This document shows positions 26,295 to 39,300 of a stretch of 64,000 nt of DNA, piece by piece. Both the position numbers and the translations under genes were made by a program. The notes below the pieces were generated by a model. That model was not told the DNA's origin and made no database searches. It saw only the letters and a program-made list of their open reading frames with translations. The stretch is taken from positions 372,001 through 436,000 of the forward strand of contig JAYWIR010000025.1 of NCBI GenBank assembly GCA_036172245.1, written 5' to 3'. Origin of the DNA: Raillietiella orientalis. Taxonomy: Eukaryota. Numbering within the stretch: position 1 is the first letter of the stretch; every line of letters begins with the position of its first letter.

Positions 26295-26850
26295 ATCCTG
26301 GTCATTTTCGCAAGCAAATGTCAGCAGCATGCGCTCTACGGCGATCTCCTGAGCGGCACCCTCCTTCAGCCCCGGTCAGCACGCCTGAAGAGATCGAAAG
26401 AGGCACTCGACGGAAAGTTGGCCTGCTGGCTCTTCTAGTTCGGACGCGTCTTTTGAGCGAGGTCAGGTGTCTTGCGGCGTGTCGAGAACTGAGGGTGGGT
26501 CATGGGTTTCGAGTCCTCCTTCCCTCGCAGGATATCACTGATTGACCTGAAGGCTTCGAAAAAAAAGAGATTCCCCTCGTTGGCTGACCAGGGGTGGAAG
26601 CTGACCGTCCGAGCTCCTTCCAGGACATCAAGGAGCCGGAGGTTTCTCCTCCGGCTGGTAAGAGGGAGTCATTACTATGGAGCTGGGTTGATATCCCTTT
26701 CTGGGGTTGCTTCTTCAGAGAGTCAGAAGCGCGCTGCTCTTTTCGGGGTCCTTCCAGGTTCCCTTCGAAGCTTCCCTCCAACTGTGAAAATCCCTCTGCC
26801 CTCGGGGAAGGCATTTTCACAGAACTCCATCGCGTAACACGGAGCTGGAG
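26295..26850 (-). mobile_element. Decayed start of an RT domain (R2/NeSL-type)
   Basis: SASTPGQPTRGISF (TAPG.DGI-like, about 26605-26563), ANFR (about 26420), GVLTGAEGGCRSG (26386-26348). Confidence 0.35.
26321..26400. repeat. 80-bp direct repeat, copy 2
   Basis: Matches 23994-24073 at 78 of 80 positions. Confidence 0.95.
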
Positions 26851-27379
26851 GGTTGGGAGCTTTCCAGGGTGTACAAGTGCGCTGTTTCCGCGGGGTAGCG
26901 CCCTGCAGAGAAACTGGGAAGCATCCCTGCGTGGTCCGTTTCCATCGGAGGGAAGGAGGAGCAGATGCTTTCCGCGGGGTCCCTCCAGAAATAAGGAAGA
27001 AGTGGCTCCCTTCGGGGTTCCCTTCCAGTATTCAGGGAGGAACGGACTCCTTCCTCCGGATCCTACCTGAATTCACAGGATGGTACCCTACCGGGTACCC
27101 TCAACTTTTGAGGAGTTGTGAGCCCACTTTTAGGTGGCGTGGACAGCGTTAAGGAGCTTCGTGGGTTCTCTCTAGGGAGACGGACGGTTCTTCAGCACTT
27201 TGATGAACCACAAAGAAGGAAACCCGGAGGGAAAAAAAAAAAAAATCGAAGCAGGAGAAACCGGAACGCAACTGCTGCCGAAGATAACTGCTGCATCCAG
27301 GTTATTCCTGTTTATCCTTGGACTGACGGTTGCAGCTTCCTTTAGCGAGAACTCTGAAACGCGAAACCTTTGGGGACGA

Positions 27380-28600
27380 AGGGGAGGGAGGGAAAGAAGG
27401 CCCTCTGGAAATCCACTTTGGATGGCACGCTCTTTTATCTCCTATGATCGGCTCTCCGGTGGCCGAGCCGCACGGTCTCCTCTGCAAGTCCCGTCTCCTA
27501 AAACTCCCACAAGCACGCAAGCACACGGCGGCCTGCTGCGTCCGAAGGCCCCATGGGGGGCAACATCCAGCCGGCCCCTCTCTGCCGGATCCTTTCCCAC
27601 CCACATGACTCGGTACCCTCATGGCGTGCGGATGACGCGCATCGTAGCGCGGCGACCTCGGAGCAGCCCCGAGGCGAACTGAGATCTTTTGACCTTCCCT
27701 TGGATCGCCCCTACCCCTGACCCGGAGATTTATCCCAGCCCTCTGCCTCCCTGAACCGTACTCACATGCTCTGAGACCATGCCTCGACTCTCCTTCTCAG
27801 GGAGCCCAAACAGTGCTTTACGTGAGGTTTGGAGTGAAGTCTTAGAGGGGGGGGGGGGGGCTCCGGCTGGCTTGCGAGCGCTTTTGTCCTCGCGAGGGTG
27901 GCTCGTGGATGCCGGCTCTCGCCTCTCACGTGGGGTGCTTCCGACAACCCAGGTGACCCTTGCTCAACCCATGGCTCTAGAAGTAGGCCGAACCCGGATT
28001 TCCTCTGGGCTGCCGCTCCGTGGGTTCCCAAAGCCCTTCCGGCCGGACACCGACATCCTCGGCAGTCGCTGAGCGCGCGGACTAGCAGGAAGGAAAGGCG
28101 CGCGCCGCCATCACCGCCTTTCCGCCAGCCCTCTGCCTATGGCGTCCCCTCCCAAGCACCCGCGAACTCGGAACCGAACCTCTCGAGCAAACGGAAGGCG
28201 TCCGTCCTGCTGGTTGGATGGCTACTCAGCCTCTTCCAACCTCGAGACGGGGAACCTTACAGCGGAAAAAATCCTCAGTGTTGAAAGTGGACGAATCCAC
28301 GTCTCCCTTCCAGAAGACCACCACCCTTCTGTGGATCGACAGAAAGGCGGGGGATATCGTCCGGCGCGTGCGTTTCCGCGACGACGAGCAGACCGTGGAG
28401 GAACGGAGGGGGGGGACGCGGTTCTGTGGAGCAGCCTCCCTCCTGGGAAAATCACGCTTTCTCTCCATGGTGGGAAACTCCAAAGCCTGCGGATGGGAAG
28501 CTCTCTGGACCCCAGCTGCTCGACCACGAGGATGATGGGGACTTCCCCCTCCCGCGAGAGGAGAGTTCACTGGTCCGGAGAGTGCTAAGATTAGGAGGAA
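27380..28600 (+). mobile_element. Decayed ZnF and Ulp1-like module
   Basis: LLCKSRLLKLPQARKHTAAC (27477-27536). RIHVSLPEDHH/TLLWIDRKAG (28292-28352) resembles the C48 motif IFVP...HW.LL.ID. PQLLDHEDDGDF (28510-28545) resembles PQQ.N..DCG.F. Confidence 0.5.
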
Positions 28601-29042
28601 GCCGTGCTGCCTCAATCCCACTCAGAGCCATCTGTTCGAGCACTTCTCGTCCCTGGTTAACGTCGCCCCAGGGCACTCCCCCAAACCACGCCTTTCCCGC
28701 GGACGCCCAGAGGAACAGGAACCGTCGGCCTCTGCAGCGGCCAGGCTTGCTGCCATGCCGCCGGAGGTGAGGCTTCTACTGCAGGCACTCGAGGTCACCT
28801 TCATCTGCGGGAGTTGGACTGCTCAGGACATGCAGCCTGTGTCCCTGATGGACCAAAAGATGATCAAGGTTGCTCTTCCAGATGCAAAGGAAGTCCGGAA
28901 TGCGTGCGACGTCTGCAAACCCTAGTCTTGCGTGCTGGAGCTCTGCTCAGCTCGAAGGTCAGTTGCCCTTCTCCCACATCACTCCCACATTAGTTAGCAT
29001 CCTGCAACTCGCCATATCTCAGATTGAATCCGCCGATGCTGA

Positions 29043-29101
29043 GAACTGAAGGGACTTGCCAGAGAGGCTGCACTAGCCTCTCTGGCAAGTCCCTCCAGTT
29101 C
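29043..29101. repeat. Short palindrome (20-bp perfect stem, 5-nt loop, further 6 bp after one mismatch)
   Basis: AGGGACTTGCCAGAGAGGCT-gcact-AGCCTCTCTGGCAAGTCCCT. Confidence 0.95.
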
Positions 29102-29949
29102 CTTCAAGCCTCAGGTCAGTTCAACAAGGATTTTTGATGGACGGAAGGTCCACTTCAGTCCATCGAGGATTTCTCCCAAGATCCACGCGATCCTACTTGG
29201 AATCGCAACGAAATCCTGTTTTTGAATCATGCTCGCGGGATCTTCGCTTCTCTCCTTCCCTTCCATAGTGCATGGTTCTCAGAACTTCCTTTAGCAGCTT
29301 CCGTTGGAGGAAAGTCGGCACCCCTCAGAGAGAGCCGTCGATGAAATCCCCAGTGCGTGATTTGTTCTTGGAAGAATGGGGAAAAAATTTGAAGCAAAGT
29401 CAGCGTTTCTTCACCTAGGCTCAATGGGGCACCTCAGAGGTGACACTCGGAGCAAACAGCACGCGAAAGATACCCTGGGGACCCAACTGAGACTAGCGGC
29501 TGCCTTCTCTCCTCCACTTTGCCATTTGGCTCGGCCGTACGATTTTTCTACAAAACCAGAGCTCAGAGCTCCGCAGAGGAACCAGTTTCTACTTGGGCAC
29601 CCTGAGGAAGCGATGAACAGGGCTGCTCAGTTCCTGCTACGCCTGCTTACCATTTGGAAGAACATAACGCGCTCTTTTTCGTCCGTTTATCATTTTGCCA
29701 TTCCCTCCTCTCCCTTTCCTTTTCTCACTTTCCCTTGTTGTTTTCTCAAAGTGACTTCGAAGTGAAGGGATGAACTCCTTGCGTTCTGACCGTCTTCTTC
29801 ACTCCTTACGGAACAGCGGATACTCTAAGACTATGGGGGAGGGAGGGGGGAAGAGCGGCGACTTCAAATCCTACCCGTAGGTATGAGCCACTTTTCGCGA
29901 TTTGCACAATTCCCCGATATGTAGTGTGAACTTCCGATCTAAACACACA

Positions 29950-30450
29950 TCCGGCTTTGCTTCTCCGTGCTAGCAGCTTGCGCCTCTTGAGTCCCTCAGC
30001 GCTGTTGCGTTCCATCTCCAGAGGTGGTCCTTTGCCGTTTCATCCCTCCCGAAGGTACCGGCGTTATTTGCTCCTGCAAGCCAGTCCCCCTCTGGTTTTT
30101 CCCCGTTCTTCCGCGAAGGGTCCTTTCGACGTGCAGCCACCTTTGATGCGATCTTGGACGGCGCTCCTCGGCACTGATCCTTCTAGCAAGCAGCATTCCT
30201 TTCCTCCCAGAACTTTCAGATTCATCACCGGGAGCCACCACAGCCTCTTCGGGCACCAGATCCTTTACTTGGCGTTTCTGAAGCGCAGTGCTTCCCTTGG
30301 CTCCTCGGGCTGAGGACTGTGCCCTGAGAACGGGTCCCGGAACCCAGGGAAAAGTCCACTTTATGCTGGTTTCTTCCCGCACTTTCGTCATTAGATAGTG
30401 GATAATCCGATCCCTGGAGCGTCTCACCTGGCAGACAGACAGAACAGGTA
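29950..30450 (-). mobile_element. Decayed Ulp1-like domain
   Basis: DRIIHYLM (30412-30389), IWCPKRLWWLPVMNLK (30261-30214), RRKDPSRKNG (about 30130-30100). Confidence 0.4.
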
Positions 30451-32422
30451 GCACAAGAGGAATTCGCCATCGTGTAACACCTTACTTGCTTTCTACACTT
30501 ATTATCTCCTGTGGACTTTTGATATGAACCTTCTTATACTGTTTGAGGTCATCCTGCTTGAGGATGTCGTTCCACTCTATTCGATTCGGACTCCAAAGAT
30601 CGAGGTCTTGTTTATCATTTGTCTGATTCATGGCTCCATCTGATGGAGATAGGAATCGAAGAATATATCAAGCTATTCCTTAATACCAGATTTTGTTAAT
30701 AAACTAATTGTCTCTCAAAAGGCATGAAATTCTTCCTTGAAGTCCTTCGCTTTTCTATTATACAGCTTCATGCAAATAACCAGTAGCTGGTTGTTCGAAA
30801 CACTAGGGTCTTCACAAGATTTAACGTCTCTAGCAGGATGATTGTGAGTTCACTGATCCAAACTCTTGCTCGATGCCAGTGATAGAAAAAGTCCAAGAAT
30901 CCAGCAACTGAACAGACTCTTTTAACCATCTGCATTCAACAGTTGAATTCTTTGCAAGTGGTGAAACACGTTCAAAAGACTTTCTTCCTTCTTCTTACGA
31001 GTTTCCACTAGAGGGAGTCGACAATCAAAACAGAATTTATCAACAGACTCTGAATTCTCTTTTCATCTATACATCGATTCGAATCCTTCGTTAAGAAAAT
31101 TGAAAATGAAATCTACATCGTTCAACTTTGTAAGCTTTTATTATGTGTCGTTTCTGTATTGTATTTTAGTTGCAATCATCTTTTGGATAAGTAGCCATCA
31201 AATAAACTTGGTCATTATAATGAAAATTCGGGGGATTTTTCATGAAAGATATTACATTTAGCTATTCTACGTATGTGGATGCTCACCTTAAACACCATTT
31301 CTCCGCCGAAGATCTCCAAGAGTGCTTTTTTAGTTCTCTGTACTCAGATGGAAATTTCCTTCTACGTCACCCATAAAATGCTATATGAGCTACTTCTTGA
31401 CATAAAACAATAGTTGTTTCGAGATTTCTTTCACGTTTGCTCCGAAGAGAAAACTCAATTAGCTGGGGAATTAAACACATTAAGCATTCGTTCATAACTT
31501 TTTTCTTACATTGTCACTGATATGCACTATGATTTTAAGACTCTTAATCAATGTCATGTAGTATTTTAATAGTATAAGTGCGTCTATTACACTTGTCATT
31601 TAAAAAACAAAAGAAACCAAACTTCTGGGTTGATTTTTCAGGTTTGAAAAGGTCCAAGAAATGTTTGCGAAGAGCTAACTGTTTAACACTGAAATTCTAT
31701 GCATGAAACAGGAGAAATTGAACCATATCGGTTCAGAAACGCTTCGATTTCAGAGACTTAGATGTTTCCGTAGAATAAATAAGTAATTCTTAAAGATTAT
31801 TAATACCATCATCTCAGAGTTCAAAAGTGAATGCTGACAATACTAGAACCACAGGCTGAGCTCACTTGTCTTATTGCCATTTATTCTATACATATATGTT
31901 GTTCGTACATCTAAATATAAGGATCAATAGCCCGCCTTTAATTTAATTAAATTTAGGAAAGTTTAGATCATACTGCTTTAATAAACATCCTTTGTTTGAA
32001 AGAATATTAGAAAGCATCTTATAATTTAGCTTTTTAGTTGCTCATGAATGTGCTGTTACAGTTATAATGAAAGTGATCATAATGAAATCCATTACTTTAT
32101 CACTTCGATCTTCTGGATTAATTTCACAGTTCATCTTAAAACTGTAAATGGATATATATATCAGTACGTGTATGTATGTACTTAGTACACGTACGTATAT
32201 ATGTATTTATTTAAAATTATATTGCTTCCTTTTCAGAAGGCCGTTCGCTTTCCTGTATTTACACTAAGGTTGGTAACTATATATTTCTTGATGACGCGTT
32301 TCCATTTCCATATGTCGAATAGTGTTGCTATGTAGCATTTAAAAATGGAGATAAGAATAAGTTTTAAAAGGTGTAAAATTAAGGAATAGTAGAAATGCAA
32401 CACCTAGATAAGTCCATGAAAT

Positions 32423-35043
<2,621 letters not shown>

Positions 35044-35140
35044 CGAGTGAGCAGTATAGCCTGTTTTTTTTTTTACAACTTGTATATCATTAAAATACTC
35101 ATTTATTTATGTAATGTTTGTCACATGTTTGAGGGTACAA

Positions 35141-36255
35141 TTAATATTCCTGACTTTCTTTTACCGACTTTCCGCCTTTGACAGTGGGAGGTTGTGCAGA
35201 TTTTTTGGGAAGTAGCACAGCTTGGATGTTGGGCAGTACTCCTCCCTGGGCTATTGTCACACCACTTAATAGTTTGTTCAGTTCTTCATCATTGCGAATA
35301 GCCAACTGAATATGGCGAGGAATGATTCTGGAACAAAAAAGTATCGACTCGCTTTAGTCTTTTGCATTACCTGGTTTTCTTATTGTCTCTTGCAGCATTG
35401 CCTGCCAATTCTAAGATTTCAGCTGCCAAGTACTCCATTACAGCAGCCATGTAAACTGGTGCGCCTGCACCTACTCTCTCAGCATAATTGCCTTTACGCA
35501 AAAGTCGGTGAATACGTCCAACAGGAAACTGCAAGCCGGCTCTGTTGGAGCGAGATTTTGATTTCCCCTTCACTTTTCCTGCATTTCAGAATACAGAGCG
35601 TATTAGTTAGCACAACTCGTGTTCAAAGAGGCCTTTGAAGCACATACACACGTTAAGTGGCATTTTATTAATAACGATCGGGAGATAGCGAAAACAATTA
35701 CATACAAAGTATGAAAAGGTAGCAAATCAGTGGTGCTAATGGAAGCCGACATTTTGGCGATTCAGGCGCTTTCCTTCGTTTTACGTTAACTTGTGATGCT
35801 TAACAAAAAGTTGCACTGTCTGGGGCACTTTATTTTGCCATGGCAATCGAGCAGCTGCGACATAAGTACACTGCTGACTTTTCAAACCGCAAGCGACCTT
35901 AACGGATCACGGCGTGGTCCACGACGGTTGACATGAAGACAAAAAGCGCAGCTTTCCGGCTCCAGATTCGGGAGCAGCCACAAAACATTCCCGTTCCCAG
36001 CAAACCACACAGGAAGCACCTCGTACAAACGTAAGAAGACTCCGGGGGGGGGGACTCTTCCGTGCTTGCGTCCCCCTTCCTCGAACCACACGCGACACGG
36101 GATTTATTTCTCGTGCTTGGCGAGCACGAAAAAGGTGTCCCGGCTCAACAAGCGAAAAATACACTACATTCTCAGCCGGATCCACATTTCACCACCACCG
36201 AAGGCACAACGAAAAAATCCTCAGCCACTTTACCTCCTTTTCCTCGGCCCGACAT
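35141..36255 (-). CDS. H2AX: Histone H2A.X, intron-containing, 138 aa, C-terminal SQEY
   Basis: Exons 36255-36234 (MSGRGKG), 35578-35371 ([25 protein letters not shown]...DNKKT) and 35327-35141 ([19 protein letters not shown]...KESQEY*), total 417 nt in frame. SQEY is the diagnostic gamma-H2AX motif. Confidence 0.97.
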
Positions 36256-36285
36256 TGTTGCAAGTGAGCGCCCCACGCGCGGCCC

Positions 36286-36347
36286 GACGTCAATTATAAA
36301 TTCCCGCGTTTCATGGATTTTTCCGTTAGCGACACCTATGATTGGCT
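36286..36347 (-). promoter_or_regulatory. Putative H2A.X proximal promoter (CCAAT box, Myb-like AACGG, E2F-like GCGGGAA, TATA-like and CRE-like motifs)
   Basis: On the minus strand: AGCCAATCA (36347-36339), AACGG (36327-36323), CGCGGGAA (36308-36301), TTTATAAT (36300-36293) and TGACGTC (36292-36286), all within 100 nt of the ATG at 36255. Motif match only. Confidence 0.55.
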
Positions 36348-39300
36348 GAATGTCGTCGTCGCTGTTTGCCTTTTCGTTCGGAGAGAGGAGAAACTTTTTT
36401 TTTTTCTTCTTCCTCTCCTTTTTTTATTTCTTCTTCTTCTTCTTCTTTTCCTCTCTTTCTCTCTTTTTTCATTTTCGTCAGTTACGCGTCATTTCGTTTG
36501 CATTTGCTCCGATCCACAGAATTTCTCCATTTCAGAATTGAATTGCCGAATCCTCGGAGGCGCTCAGGTCCGAAAACAGACATTCCGACGAGCTTCACAT
36601 GGAGGAAAAATGCAGCCTTTCCACAGTTCCGTCCATTTCATTGCAATCATTTTTTCCCAAGAATGCGTTTTCTTCTTCCTCCTCTCTTTTTTCTTTTGTG
36701 TGTGTATGTGTGTAACGTGGAAAATCATTAGAATGGAACGTGGAAGATGCTGGACTTCATGGACTGAAGTCTTCGACGGACAGAAACCTATAGACGCACG
36801 AGATCCTGTTTTATAGATCACGTTCGCGAATCTTGGATCAGCAGTTTGGTGGGCATATGTGTCAGCTGAGTCTTGAATCCCTTCTCATGAAAAGTACATC
36901 CGCATAACTTGAATATGTAGCATATTCGAAATCTGGTCTTTTCCTTTTTCCTGGAAAAGCTACTTCTTCTAAAAGACCTGGCGTGATTTTAAGAGGTTGG
37001 AAAAAAAGAAGTTCTCAATCTCGCTTCCGATCTACAAAAAAAAGAAAAACGTAACTTTTAACAGGGAAAAAAACAAGCCTTAGTTTATACAGAAGAAATA
37101 ACCACTTCTGAAACGGCACTGATTAAATTTGTCGAGAATCAGCTTTGGGGGATAAAAGTTGAGAAAGCTGACAAATTGGACGAACTCGGAAATCAAAGAG
37201 GCATGCACGGCTTTGGAACCGAAGATGTCAAATGGTTGTGCCTCATTAAAAGAAATGCAATCGGCAGGGAAGCACCAGAACAGAGCTCAGTGGGAGTGGG
37301 AACACTTCTTTTTCTCCGACAATTCGTCTACATAGGTCGGTAAGCGACCCACCAAGAGAGATGTGAGAATCTGTGAGACCAGGAAGCATTTTTATTCTCT
37401 GAAATAGAAGCTGACGGAACTCTCGGATCAACAGCATCAGGAGTGAAGGCATATTGCTTATCGCAGAAGTAAAACGCTCACTGGACATCGGTATTCGAAG
37501 AATTGCAATTTTCCCTCTAGTCAGTTACGATATCTCTAGTGATGTGTGAATTGCATCTGTTGTGGGTTATTGAGTTTAGCAATCATTCTGAAGAACTGAA
37601 CGATATTTCAGCTAGTGAGAGCAGGGAACTGAATGCATAGGAAAAAACCTTGAACTTCTCAGGGAGCCAATGTAAGAAGGAAAAAAGAAATACATGCATG
37701 TATCAGACACACTGAACTGTTTTCGCTTCGTGTTCACAAAGCAGAATGAAGGCAAGCTTTCTCGGCTGAGGTAAATACAAAAGTGAAGGGAAAAGTTTTT
37801 TAAACATTCTGATGAGCATGCACTTCATTCAGGTATTGAATGCCTGGCTTTGGTTCTGGCAGTTTCGGCACTATTCGGACACTGATTTCAGCCATCTATT
37901 TGCTGAGAAGCAAAAAAAATGATTGATTTACTTACAGAAGCTCCAATGAAAGGCTTTTTATAAATGACGAGGGCGAAGGAATAAACTGTTGGAAGCAGAG
38001 TTCCTCTGTTTTTGTTGTAATCCGGCCTTTGGTTCATAAATTTTTCGAATACGACAAAATCTTGAAATCTACGCGATTCACTTGTGATAGAAACAACGAT
38101 TGCTTCTGTTCAAATAATGCCCTACAGAGAAATGAAGTTTCAACTGATGAGAAACCACTTGTAAAGGGTAAGCTGCCGAATAAAAGAGCTTTCCCTCATC
38201 TCATATGCAAACAGAAACGAGTGCCATCTAATTAAAAAAAAATAGAAGTCAAAATGTTCTTCCGAGTTCAATGCTTTCGTAGTGAGTTGCAGAATTCACT
38301 ATGCCGTGTTGTTCCGGAACTCAGCTCCACGTTCAGTTTTGGCTTTTTTAACCAACTCTACCATCACTTCCATACTGCCAGTTCCTGATAACTATGCACT
38401 TATGCAGTCTCCTTCAAACTGGAAACAGCGTGTAGCAATATGTCTTTAACAGTTTTCTCCCTTCTGAATGAAGAAAGCAGGGAGAGCGTGTTGTGCATTA
38501 CGCGGCCGTTTTTTTCTTTTTCTTTTTTTTTGGAGGAGGGGGGGAGGAACACTAAAATGAAAAACAAAGGTTTCTATCCATTTGCTTTTGTTATCCGGAT
38601 CGTTCGATCCACCACATGTGGTCTGTGCCGCCTAAGGGTTGCAATTTTTGTACGAAACAGAATTTGCAAGTCGAATACCTTCTTTGAATTTGGTCACAGT
38701 TTCTAGACTCAACCGAAAACGAAGGAAGCATCAAAGAAGAAAAAAAAAAAACTTCCTCCAAAAACTTCACAGATATCAGTGATTTATTGGGACTCGATCT
38801 TAGATACTCCATTTGAATTTCTTTGCTAGAATTCTTGTGCTGCAGTTATCTAGAATCACCTTTCGGGCATTGAGGGGAGCCCAAAATGAATGGAATTACT
38901 TATTTGATGGCAGAAAGAGATAATCCTCTCAAATCCAATTTTTGTGTGCTGAAATCAGAAACTGAAGTTTACTAGCCTTTCAAAGCTTCTGAAACATTCT
39001 GATTTACCATTCGTTCCTTCTTGATCAAGCTCATATGTATATTCCGTTCCTTAAGCAGCATCTTTACTTTCCTCATCTCTTGGAAGAACGTTATGTGTCA
39101 AACAATTTCGCAATCAGCAGTCGAACTTTTTTAATAAAAAATTATCAGGGTATTTTTATAAAACCTTCCAAACACCTGAGCATGCATGCGATTTGAATAT
39201 TAGTATTGTGTACACATGCATTTTGAGGTTAACATTATCTCACAATACAATAAAATAGTCTCGTTTGGTACACTATATGTAAGTTTTGGCCATTAGACAG

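Noticed and set aside
1..30500. Numerous overlapping 60-276 aa ORFs on both strands
   Set aside because: They are Arg/Pro/Ser/Gly-rich products of high GC. Real motifs switch frames every few dozen codons, so none is called as an intact CDS.
36313..36816. 167-aa hydrophobic ORF divergent from H2A.X
   Set aside because: The hydrophobicity comes from a T/CTT low-complexity tract.
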